IMG/VR virus record: IMGVR_UViG_3300025310_000004
Location: 59,759-123,758 of that record
Strand: one strand, 5' to 3'
Length of the DNA: 64,000 nt
From: a virus
Taxonomy: Duplodnaviria > Heunggongvirae > Uroviricota > Caudoviricetes
In this document: piece by piece, positions 25,850 to 32,542 of the stretch
Numbering within the stretch: the stretch's first letter is position 1
How the letters are laid out: the number at the start of each line of letters is the position of its first letter
Program-made: the position numbers and the translations under genes
The notes under the pieces: generated by a model
Told to the model about the DNA's origin: nothing
Seen by the model: only the letters and a program-made list of their open reading frames with translations
The model's database searches: none

Positions 25850-26029
25850 CTGTGGGGAAGGCCGACGGACAAGGCTTAGGCCCGTGAGAGCGTCAGTACG
25901 AACGTGGGAGGACTTCGGTCCGCTTCACCACGCGGAGGCGTTCAAGCCGGGGTGGGTAGCGAGTGGTCGAGTTCTTCCCCCACCAAGGTCGTGGTACGGC
26001 TCCGGGCAACCGGGCCGCCACGGCCTCGT

Positions 26030-26104
26030 GCGGCATAGGTGTTACGGGTTGCATACCTGCCTTCCAAGCAGAGGGACGGGGTTCGAGTCCCCGATGCCGC
26101 TCCA
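26030..26104 (+). tRNA. tRNA-Gly(TCC), CCA encoded
   Basis: Acceptor GCGGCAT/ATGCCGC. Anticodon loop CTTCCAA. Confidence 0.65.
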
Positions 26105-26217
26105 ACCCCATGGATCGGAGTCGCTACCCGCTCCATGCGTCGCCCTACTGCTGACGGGGGCGTGAAGGTGATACCCCACGAGAGTGTGCACGCTCGACCG
26201 GGGCACGTCGGCTCCAA

Positions 26218-26292
26218 GCGTTCAAGGTGTTCCTGGCTGCACGCCACCTTGCCATGGTGGAGGAGGGGGTTCGAGTCCCCCTGGACGCTCCA
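26218..26292 (+). tRNA. tRNA-Gly(GCC), CCA encoded
   Basis: Anticodon stem CCACC/GGTGG. Anticodon loop TTGCCAT. Confidence 0.7.
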
Positions 26293-26293
26293 A

Positions 26294-26369
26294 GGTTCTC
26301 AGGTGTCCGGTTGGATCGGCACGACGGTCTGAAAAGCCGTAGGGCTGGGTTCGAGTCCCAGGGGAACCA
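26294..26369 (+). tRNA. tRNA-Phe(GAA)
   Basis: Anticodon stem ACGGT/GCCGT. Anticodon loop CTGAAAA. Confidence 0.7.
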
Positions 26370-26374
26370 CACAA

Positions 26375-26414
26375 GGTGTTTCCACTGTTTCCTCTGGCGG
26401 AAACAGGAAACACC
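26375..26414 (+). other. long imperfect hairpin in tRNA spacer (GGTGTTTCC..GGAAACACC)
   Basis: About 16 bp of pairing around the loop tctggc. Confidence 0.4.
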
Positions 26415-26421
26415 GAGGACA

Positions 26422-26499
26422 TGCACGGGTAGCGCCAAGCGGCAAAGGCACCTCCTTCACACGGAGGGGATCGTGGGTTCGAGTCCCACCCCGTGTACC
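26422..26499 (+). tRNA. tRNA-Val(CAC), CCA encoded
   Basis: Anticodon stem CCTCC/GGAGG. Anticodon loop TTCACAC. Confidence 0.7.
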
Positions 26500-26500
26500 A

Positions 26501-26577
26501 AGCGCCGGTGCCCGAGCGGCCTAAGGGGGCGGCCTGCAAAGCCGTACTACGGGGGTTCAAATCCCCCCCGGCGCTCC
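26501..26577 (+). tRNA. tRNA-Cys(GCA), CCA encoded
   Basis: Acceptor GCGCCGG/CCGGCGC. Anticodon loop CTGCAAA. Confidence 0.65.
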
Positions 26578-26682
26578 ATCGCAAGAACTCCCACCCGAGC
26601 ACTCGGGGGTGGATCGAGTAACAAGGACCCATCGTCCCCCGCTTCGGCCGGATCGGTGCTAGGAACCCACTGAGTGCGTCAC

Positions 26683-26762
26683 CGGGGCGTATACCCTCCG
26701 TCTGATAAGCGGTAGAAAGGTTAGTTGGTGACACGGAGGTTCAAATCCTCCCGCCCCGACCA
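26683..26762 (+). tRNA. atypical tRNA (possible Ile-GAT loop CTGATAA; D-region too short, long extra region), CCA encoded
   Basis: Acceptor CGGGGCG/CGCCCCG and a canonical T-arm. The internal region does not fold canonically. Confidence 0.3.
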
Positions 26763-26763
26763 T

Positions 26764-26925
26764 GGTGAGAGACAGGAAGGTACGAGGGTTCGATTCCCTC
26801 ACGCTCCACTCGTGGGGCGTCCGGTGGACTCCGGTGAAGTCGGTTCGATTCCGACGCCCCGTAGGGGTGATGGTCACGAATAGGGTCGCTCCCGCCGAGG
26901 TGGTTCGACTCCACCACTCTCACCA
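26764..26925 (+). ncRNA. three tandem tRNA-like T-arm/acceptor minihelices enclosed by an 8-bp terminal helix, ending CCA
   Basis: T-arms at ~26784, 26851 and 26905, spaced 54-67 nt apart. 5' GGTGAGAG pairs with 3' CTCTCACC. Confidence 0.4.
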
Positions 26926-26931
26926 GATCAT

Positions 26932-27008
26932 GCACGGGTGGCCAAGTCTGGTAAGGCCCCTCCATGACACGGAGGAAACCGCGGGTTCAAATCCCGCCTC
27001 GTGCACCA
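26932..27008 (+). tRNA. tRNA-Val(GAC), CCA encoded
   Basis: Anticodon loop ATGACAC. T-arm GCGGG-TTCAAAT-CCCGC. Confidence 0.65.
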
Positions 27009-27009
27009 C

Positions 27010-27083
27010 TGCGCCGAAGTCGATTGGCGAGACAGCGGCCTCATAAGCCGTGGTAGAGGGTTCGATTCCCTCCGGCGCGACCA
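27010..27083 (+). tRNA. tRNA-Met/Ile2(CAT), CCA encoded
   Basis: Anticodon stem GCGGC/GCCGT. Anticodon loop CTCATAA. Confidence 0.6.
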
Positions 27084-27084
27084 C

Positions 27085-27159
27085 GCACCCAAGGTCTAGA
27101 CGGCGAGACGGCGGCATGGTAAGCCGCAGAGCGGGGTTCAAGTCCCCGTGGGTGCTCCA
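27085..27159 (+). tRNA. tRNA-Thr(GGT), CCA encoded
   Basis: Acceptor GCACCCA/TGGGTGC. Anticodon loop ATGGTAA. Confidence 0.7.
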
Positions 27160-27160
27160 C

Positions 27161-27235
27161 GCACTGGAAGCATGAATGGTGATGCGGCTGTCTCGTAAAC
27201 AGCAGAACCGGGTTCGATTCCCGGCCGGTGCTCCA
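27161..27235 (+). tRNA. tRNA-Thr(CGT), CCA encoded
   Basis: D-stem GCAT/ATGC. Anticodon loop CTCGTAA. Confidence 0.75.
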
Positions 27236-27236
27236 T

Positions 27237-27308
27237 GCCGTTGGCCCTGGTGGGCGCGCCGCCGTTGTACCGCGGTTACCTCGGGTTCGATCCCTGGCGA
27301 CGGCTCCA
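27237..27308 (+). tRNA. atypical tRNA: reduced D-arm and apparent 9-nt anticodon loop (CGTTGTACC), CCA encoded
   Basis: Acceptor GCCGTTG/CGACGGC. T-loop TTCGATC. Confidence 0.35.
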
Positions 27309-27360
27309 AGCACTAGACATCGTTAGACCTGTTCAGTTGTCTGCCCTCAAGGAGACAGAT

Positions 27361-27995
27361 CATGCGAGTTGAGATTCGCCCCGGTGAAGGGGGTGAGGAC
27401 GCCCAGCGCTTCGCCAAGGAGTGCCTTTGACGCGTTCTGCAAGGCGGCCCGCCGACGTGGGCTTGAGCCAGCAGTCAGCGAGTCCGCTCGCACCATGATC
27501 TTGGAGATCGCCGACATCTCCTTCCTTGAGCCCTTCGTCGGCACCCACCGCGTGCAGCGCATCCCCAAGGGGGAGCAGCGCCGTCACACCTCGACGGCCA
27601 CGGTTGCGATCGTCGGCCAGGTAGACAATGACGACTTCATCCCCGATGAGGAAATCGAGGAGCGGTTCGATCGCGGTGGCGGCAAGGGTGGCCAGCACCA
27701 GAACACCACCGACTCGGCGGTGACCCTCACCCACACCCCCACCGGGATCACGGTCCACATCGAGGGACGCAAGCAGTGGGGCAACCGCCAGGAAGCACGT
27801 CGGGTGCTATCCGAACGGGTAGCAGCCCATCGCCGAGCAGAGGCGTTGCGGATGTGCAACGACCAGCGGCGCGCCCAGATCAACCCGGAGCGCTCCGCCA
27901 AGTCGTTCACCCACAACACTCAGCGCAACGAGGTGGTGGACCACGACTCGGGTCGGTCGTGGCGGCTCACCGAGTTCCATAAGGGCAAGTTCTGA
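27361..27995 (+). CDS. prfH-like: class-I release-factor homologue lacking domain 1 (RF-H/PrfH-like); full length requires +1 frameshift at CUU UGA C
   Basis: Frame A gives MRVEIRPGEGGEDAQRFAKECL then TGA. The +1 frame continues DAFCKAARRRG...HRVQRIP...GGQHQNTTDSAVTLTHTPTGI. AAGGAG sits 3 nt upstream of CTT. Confidence 0.65.
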
Positions 27996-28017
27996 TGTCA
28001 CAGCCATCCGCTATGGT

Positions 28018-28827
28018 GTGCCGATGGCCAGGATGCTCGTACTCGGTGACACGCACGGCGACGTGAAGTTCTTGGAGCGCGCCTGCCGGATGGCCGTGAA
28101 GTCCGACTGCGACCGCATCGTCCAGGTCGGCGATTGGGGCTTCCTGTGGCCAGGAGCGAAGAACGATCGCCTCAAGGCGATCACCAACGTGTTGGCGCAG
28201 TTCGACCTCCACATGTTCTTCCTCGACGGCAACCATGAGTGGTATGGCCGCTTGGAGGAGATGGGGGCGACCCCCGATGCTCCCCACATGGTTGCGCTGT
28301 CGGATCGGGTCGCCTACTTGCCTCGTGGCTTCACTTGGGCTTGGGGCGGCGTGACCTTCATGTCGCTTGGCGGTGCCTTCTCCATCGACCAGGACCAGCG
28401 GACCAAGTTCATCGACTATTGGCCCCAGGAGACGATCCGTTACGCGGACGCTGACCGTGCCATTGCCGCTGGGCATGTGGACGTGATGTTCACCCACGAC
28501 GTTCCCGAGGGCGTTGTCAAGTTGGAGGCGATGCTGCATCGCGCCAGTGATCACTACCGGAGGTCCTACGGGGCCAAGTGGAACTACAAGTTGGACCCCG
28601 GCAGCCGGGCCAACCGCAAGACGTTGCGCGCCGTCGTTGACGAGGTGCAGCCCTTCTTGCTGATCCACGGCCACTACCACTGGCGCTACGACGACACCTT
28701 GGTGGGCGAGGACTACACCACCGAGGTGCGCGGCCTTGACTGCAACGGCTCGGGCGAGAGGGCCTGGGGAGTCGTGGATACGGCCGATGTCTTGAGATGG
28801 AGACTTGTCGTTGACGACGACGAATGA
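28018..28827 (+). CDS. calcineurin-like metallophosphoesterase
   Basis: GDTHGD, GDWG, DGNHE and GHYH motifs. Confidence 0.75.
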   Translation: MPMARMLVLGDTHGDVKFLERACRMAVKSDCDRIVQVGDWGFLWPGAKNDRLKAITNVLAQFDLHMFFLDGNHEWYGRLEEMGATPDAPHMVALSDRVAYLPRGFTWAWGGVTFMSLGGAFSIDQDQRTKFIDYWPQETIRYADADRAIAAGHVDVMFTHDVPEGVVKLEAMLHRASDHYRRSYGAKWNYKLDPGSRANRKTLRAVVDEVQPFLLIHGHYHWRYDDTLVGEDYTTEVRGLDCNGSGERAWGVVDTADVLRWRLVVDDDE

Positions 28828-28987
28828 GGACATCCAGCAGCACCCGCTCCACCGGGTGGTGGTGGGGGCGTTGAAGGACACCATCAACATGCACGGCCCC
28901 ATCACCCCCGAGTGGATCGGGTCTGCCGCCAAGCGGATCACGGCTGCCGTGGTGGCCGAGCAGAAGAAGTCTGCGGAAACCTCTTGA
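28805..28987 (+). CDS. small hypothetical protein
   Basis: 60-aa ORF with a TTG start overlapping the upstream gene. Confidence 0.3.
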   Translation: MSLTTTNEDIQQHPLHRVVVGALKDTINMHGPITPEWIGSAAKRITAAVVAEQKKSAETS

Positions 28988-28991
28988 TCGA

Positions 28992-29013
28992 GTGTCGCAC
29001 CCGTGTGCTAGGG
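28992..29013 (+). promoter_or_regulatory. conserved promoter motif TGTCGCACCCGTGTGCTAGGGT (copy 8)
   Basis: Identical to copy 4. ATG at 29021 of a 33-codon ORF, then the Leu tRNA cluster. Confidence 0.5.
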
Positions 29014-29158
29014 TCGTAGACATGTACCGATTGCTCCCCCTCCTACGGCCACTCAAGGCCAAGCCTGGGCATCAGCGCCCGCGCCATGCTGCGCGACCGC
29101 TGAATCCCCAGCAACAGGGGTAGAGCACCTTCTCTCCCCCTGTGGCCTGAGAAGGTCT

Positions 29159-29242
29159 TGCGGGGGTGGCGTAACTGGCAGCCGCGCCGGGTTTAGGTCC
29201 CGGTGGCCGAGAGGTCGTGAGGGTTCGAGTCCCTCCTCCCGC
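29159..29242 (+). tRNA. tRNA-Leu(TAG)
   Basis: Anticodon stem CCGGG/CCCGG. Anticodon loop TTTAGGT. 15-nt variable arm. Confidence 0.65.
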
Positions 29243-29246
29243 ACCG

Positions 29247-29333
29247 AGTGCCCGTGGCGGAACTGGTAGACGCGTTGTCCTCAGAAGGCAATGTCCGCAA
29301 GGGCGTGAGGGTTCGACTCCCTCCGGGCACACC
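29247..29333 (+). tRNA. tRNA-Leu(CAG), CCA encoded
   Basis: Acceptor GTGCCCG/CGGGCAC. Anticodon loop CTCAGAA. Confidence 0.7.
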
Positions 29334-29334
29334 A

Positions 29335-29420
29335 AGTCAGCATGGTGGAATGGTAGACACGCCGTCTTGAGGGGGCGGTGGCCGCAAGGTCGTGAGGGTT
29401 CGACTCCCTCTGCTGACACC
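29335..29420 (+). tRNA. tRNA-Leu(GAG), CCA encoded
   Basis: Acceptor GTCAGCA/TGCTGAC. Anticodon loop TTGAGGG. Confidence 0.7.
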
Positions 29421-29445
29421 AAACGCAAGAAACGCAACAAGATCA

Positions 29446-29527
29446 AGCCCGAGTGGCGGAACTGGCAGACGCGCTCGTCTCAAGAACGAGTGACCTAGGT
29501 CGTGTGGGTTCGACTCCCACCTCGGGC
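29446..29527 (+). tRNA. tRNA-Leu(CAA)
   Basis: Anticodon stem CTCGT/ACGAG. Anticodon loop CTCAAGA. Confidence 0.7.
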
Positions 29528-29560
29528 ACGCAAGGCTCTTTGACAACAGAAGATCACCGA

Positions 29561-29585
29561 TACAACGGGACGGGGTGACGGCTTG
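29561..29585 (+). repeat. duplicated 5' fragment of tRNA-Pro(CGG) (CAACGGGACGGGGTGACGGCTTGG)
   Basis: 24/25 identity with 30021-30045 at the start of the intact tRNA-Pro downstream of the HNH gene. Confidence 0.6.
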
Positions 29586-29600
29586 GATTAGACGGCAACG

Positions 29601-29606
29601 CTATAA
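29601..29606 (+). promoter_or_regulatory. perfect TATAAT -10 box 8 nt upstream of HNH ATG
   Basis: Seen directly. The surrounding sequence has lower GC. Confidence 0.4.
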
Positions 29607-29614
29607 TCTAATCC

Positions 29615-30037
29615 ATGACGATCACCCAGAAGTGCAAGCGCTGCGGAAAGCGGCGTGAACACGGACTCCGACGCAATGGCAGTGCTCAGGCGTACTGCCG
29701 TCAGTGTCAGAGGGAATACAGCAAGAGTCACTACGAAACCAACAAGGGTTCGTACAACGGCAGGAGGTTGAAGCACCAACGGCAGCGACGCCAAGACGGA
29801 TACAAGATCACGAACTCGGCCAAGGATCGCCCTTGCGTCGATTGCGGGGTCAAGTACCCGACCTACGTCATGCAGTTCGATCATCGGGACCCGACGACCA
29901 AGAACTTCACGATTGCCACCCATGTTCGCAATGGTGGCTCCTTGAAGGCGCTGATCGCCGAGATCGAGAAGTGTGACGTGGTTTGTGCGAATTGTCATGC
30001 CGAAAGGACGCATCAACAACGCAACGGGACGGGGTGA
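29615..30037 (+). CDS. HNH homing endonuclease
   Basis: MQFDHRDP and CANCHAERTH HNH motif. The gene has lower GC than its flanks. Confidence 0.8.
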   Translation: MTITQKCKRCGKRREHGLRRNGSAQAYCRQCQREYSKSHYETNKGSYNGRRLKHQRQRRQDGYKITNSAKDRPCVDCGVKYPTYVMQFDHRDPTTKNFTIATHVRNGGSLKALIAEIEKCDVVCANCHAERTHQQRNGTG

Positions 30038-30102
30038 CGGTTTGGTTGCACGCCGCGTTCGGGACGCGGAGGTCGCGGGTTCAAATCCCGCCGTCCCGAC
30101 CA
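30025..30102 (+). tRNA. tRNA-Pro(CGG), CCA encoded
   Basis: Acceptor CGGGACG/CGTCCCG. Anticodon loop TTCGGGA. The 5' end overlaps the HNH stop. Confidence 0.65.
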
Positions 30103-30103
30103 T

Positions 30104-30176
30104 CGGAAGGTGGTGACAAGCGCACAGCGGCCGTTGGGGCCGCAGGACCGGGGGTAGCGTCCCGGCTTTCCGACCA
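30104..30176 (+). pseudogene. cloverleaf tRNA-like with non-canonical loops (T-loop GGTAGCGT, anticodon loop CGTTGGG), CCA encoded
   Basis: Acceptor CGGAAGG/CTTTCCG. All four helices are present. Confidence 0.35.
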
Positions 30177-30177
30177 A

Positions 30178-30249
30178 CGGGTAGGTGCCGGATGGCAAGG
30201 CACTCGGTTTGGGGCCGAGACTAAGGAGGTTCGATTCCTCTCTACCCGA
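30178..30249 (+). tRNA. tRNA-Pro(TGG)
   Basis: Anticodon stem CTCGG/CCGAG. Anticodon loop TTTGGGG. Confidence 0.65.
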
Positions 30250-30254
30250 CTTGA

Positions 30255-30323
30255 TCGATGGTGGCCGCAATTGGTAGCGGTAGCCCGACGGGGTTTGTGC
30301 GGGTTCGAGTCCCGTCCATCGAT
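30255..30323 (+). pseudogene. tRNA-like with canonical acceptor/T-arm but collapsed anticodon arm
   Basis: Acceptor TCGATGG/CCATCGA and T-arm GCGGG-TTCGAGT-CCCGT. Internal CCCGACGGG. Confidence 0.3.
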
Positions 30324-30330
30324 CAACCAT

Positions 30331-30406
30331 TCCGGGGAAGGTTGATGGCATCCTGCCCGCACTCTGAATGCGGACCACGTTGGTTCGATTCCAACCCCCG
30401 GAGCCA
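30331..30406 (+). tRNA. tRNA-Gln(CTG), CCA encoded
   Basis: Anticodon stem CCGCA/TGCGG. Anticodon loop CTCTGAA. Confidence 0.7.
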
Positions 30407-30407
30407 T

Positions 30408-30483
30408 GGTGACCGGAGCCGGATGGAGAGGCGCTTGGTTGTGACCCAAGCAGCAGGGGGTTCGATTCCCCTCGGTCACCCCA
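30408..30483 (+). tRNA. tRNA-His(GTG) with encoded G-1 and C73, CCA encoded
   Basis: G-1 + GTGACCG/CGGTCAC. Anticodon loop TTGTGAC. Confidence 0.7.
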
Positions 30484-30487
30484 TCGA

Positions 30488-30562
30488 TCGGGAGTGGTGT
30501 AACGGCAGCACGCGAGGCTTTGAACCTCGTAGGTGAGGGTTCGAGTCCTTCCTCCCGAGCCA
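30488..30562 (+). tRNA. tRNA-Gln(TTG), CCA encoded
   Basis: Acceptor TCGGGAG/CTCCCGA. Anticodon loop CTTTGAA. Confidence 0.7.
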
Positions 30563-30591
30563 ACGTCACAGCGACATGATACTATAGGAGA

Positions 30592-30744
30592 ATGCTAGGT
30601 AACCGAAAGAACCGAGGTCGCCACGGCGATAGGTACTGCCCCTACGGGTGCTGCCGCAGCCTGGTGACCGGCAAGAAGTCCAAGACCCGCCGCATCTTGC
30701 GGACCCGCGACAAGCGGGCCTGGGTCAAGGACCAGCGCAACTGA
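30592..30744 (+). CDS. small basic Cys-containing protein (50 aa)
   Basis: AGGAG SD. MLGNRKNRGRHGDRYCPYGCCRS... Below the ORF-track cutoff. Confidence 0.3.
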   Translation: MLGNRKNRGRHGDRYCPYGCCRSLVTGKKSKTRRILRTRDKRAWVKDQRN

Positions 30745-30748
30745 TCGT

Positions 30749-30824
30749 TCCGGGGTGGCCGATAGGCAAGGCGGCTCCCTGTTAAGGAGTTTCAATGTGG
30801 GTTCGAGTCCCACCCCCGGAGCCA
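30749..30824 (+). tRNA. tRNA-Asn(GTT), CCA encoded
   Basis: Anticodon loop CTGTTAA. T-arm GTGGG-TTCGAGT-CCCAC. Confidence 0.7.
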
Positions 30825-30825
30825 A

Positions 30826-30900
30826 CCCGAGATGGCGTAGCAGGCAACGCGGCTGGCCGTTAACCAGCAGTGGGGGGTTCAAGTCCTTCTCTCGGGGCCA
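30826..30900 (+). tRNA. tRNA with GTT anticodon and C33 (second Asn-like), CCA encoded
   Basis: Anticodon stem GCTGG/CCAGC. Anticodon loop CCGTTAA. Confidence 0.45.
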
Positions 30901-30901
30901 T

Positions 30902-30979
30902 CCAGGTGTAGCAAACGTTGGCATTGCACCCGCCTCTTAAGCGGACTAAACGTGGGTTCGATTCCCGCCGCCTGGACCA
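30902..30979 (+). tRNA. tRNA-Lys(CTT), CCA encoded
   Basis: Anticodon loop CTCTTAA. T-arm GTGGG-TTCGATT-CCCGC. Confidence 0.6.
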
Positions 30980-30980
30980 A

Positions 30981-31055
30981 CCGCCTCAAGCATTGATGGT
31001 GATGCACCCGACTCTTAATCGGGAGAGCAGGTTTCGAGTACCTGGGGGCGGACCA
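30981..31055 (+). tRNA. tRNA-Lys(CTT) second copy, CCA encoded
   Basis: D-stem GCAT/ATGC. Anticodon stem CCCGA/TCGGG. Anticodon loop CTCTTAA. Confidence 0.6.
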
Positions 31056-31086
31056 TGAGAACGAAACCAACGCCAACTCCAATCTC

Positions 31087-31158
31087 GGGGGTATGGCGTA
31101 GCGGTAGCGCACCGGACTTTTAATCCGAGAGGCCAGGGTTCGATCCCCTGTGCCCCCA
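31087..31158 (+). tRNA. tRNA-Lys(TTT)
   Basis: Acceptor GGGGGTA/TGCCCCC. Anticodon loop CTTTTAA. Confidence 0.6.
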
Positions 31159-31179
31159 CTGCACCCAGGAGGTGACCCA

Positions 31180-31323
31180 TGGCGAAGTATCTTCGCAAGG
31201 CGCAGGAGCGCCTGGCCAAGCGCATCAAGGCATACGAGGAGGACACCAAGGGTGCCTCTGGCAAGTCCTCCGGCCGCAAGCGGCCCGGCAGCCTCAAGAC
31301 GCGCCGCTAGATAAGGGTGTCAT
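31180..31323 (+). CDS. small basic protein (47 aa, MAKYLRKAQERLAKRIKAYEED...)
   Basis: AGGAGG SD. Below the ORF-track cutoff. Confidence 0.35.
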
Positions 31324-31339
31324 CAAGACGCGACACCAG

Positions 31340-31361
31340 TGTCGCACCCAGGCGCTAGGAT
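31340..31361 (+). promoter_or_regulatory. conserved promoter motif TGTCGCACCC-N6-TAGGAT (copy 9)
   Basis: ATG at 31369 seven nt downstream. Preceded by a GGTGTC/GACACC hairpin. Confidence 0.5.
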
Positions 31362-31368
31362 CGTCGCC

Positions 31369-31626
31369 ATGTACGGGTTCATGCTGTTCCTGGCCACGGT
31401 CGCCCTCGTAGCCTTCATTGTGGTCGCTTGCCTCGGCATCCGTTCGCAGTGGCGGGCGATGAGGGCATCCAGCGTCACGATCAAGCATGGCGAGGTTGAT
31501 CACAACCATCGAGAGATGGCTCGCCTGCTTGACGCCATGCTGGTCCAAGACGAGATGGTCCCGTACCTCAACGCTCACCACCGTGACCGCGCGAAGCAGT
31601 TGGTGGATGAGTTCCACTCCCCCTGA
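31369..31626 (+). CDS. small membrane protein (1 TM)
   Basis: MYGFMLFLATVALVAFIVVACLGI. Confidence 0.5.
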   Translation: MYGFMLFLATVALVAFIVVACLGIRSQWRAMRASSVTIKHGEVDHNHREMARLLDAMLVQDEMVPYLNAHHRDRAKQLVDEFHSP

Positions 31627-31636
31627 AAGGACCATC

Positions 31637-32542
31637 ATGAAGTACCGCTTGGCTGCGGTGTTCGCAGCACTTGTCGTCGTGCTCGCAGGTTGCACCTACG
31701 ACTCGACACAGAGCGACGAGGTGTCGTGCGCCTACGGTGGCGGCCCCTTCGAGTCGCCGCAGTTGAAGGAGGAACTCGACCCTGGATCGGGCCGCTCCTT
31801 CATCGGGGTGTTCGATGACACCTACCACTACCCGACTTCCCAGCGCACCTACGACATCAGCCCCGTCGAGGGCGAGGGTGACGAGCCGTCTCGCTCCGAC
31901 CTGATCATGGCACCGTCGTCTGACGACATCCGCATGGAGGTCGGCATGATCGTGCGGTTCAAGTTGAACACCAACATCGTGTGCGAGTTCCACGAGCAGG
32001 TCGGCCGCAAGTACGACGCCTGGACCGACGAGGGTTGGCGCAACATGCTGCGCGAGACGTTCCGTCGTCCCCTTGAGCGCTCGATTCAGGAGACGGTGCG
32101 TCGCAACGAGGGCCGCGCTCTCTACTCCAACGCTGATCTTCTGATCGAGGTCGAGCGTCAGGTCGGCACCGGACTCAAGGACAACATCAACCGCACCCTT
32201 GGTGCCGACTACTTCTGTGGCCCCGGCTTCCAGCATGGCGAGGAAGCCTGCCCCGAGTTCGAGGTGACGCTCACCCATCTGCAGCCCTCGGACCCATCGG
32301 CCCTGGTGGCCTTCGAGGCCGTCGAGATCGAGAAGGCCAACACCGCCGCGGCAGAGCAGAAGGTGCTCACCGCCGAGCAGGAGGCCCTCGCGATTCAGGA
32401 GTTGCAGGACGTGATGGCAAACGGCGGCAGCGCTGTGGCCCTGCTCGAAGCCGTGCGGTCCGGCAAGGTCACCTTCTGGGTGATCGATGGTGAGGGCCTG
32501 TCCGTGCAGGCACCTCCTCCCACGACGACCCCTGGTGGCTGA
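31637..32542 (+). CDS. lipoprotein with SPFH/band-7-like C-terminal region
   Basis: Lipobox LAGC after the signal peptide. AEQKVLTAEQEALAIQELQ region. Confidence 0.5.
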   Translation: MKYRLAAVFAALVVVLAGCTYDSTQSDEVSCAYGGGPFESPQLKEELDPGSGRSFIGVFDDTYHYPTSQRTYDISPVEGEGDEPSRSDLIMAPSSDDIRMEVGMIVRFKLNTNIVCEFHEQVGRKYDAWTDEGWRNMLRETFRRPLERSIQETVRRNEGRALYSNADLLIEVERQVGTGLKDNINRTLGADYFCGPGFQHGEEACPEFEVTLTHLQPSDPSALVAFEAVEIEKANTAAAEQKVLTAEQEALAIQELQDVMANGGSAVALLEAVRSGKVTFWVIDGEGLSVQAPPPTTTPGG

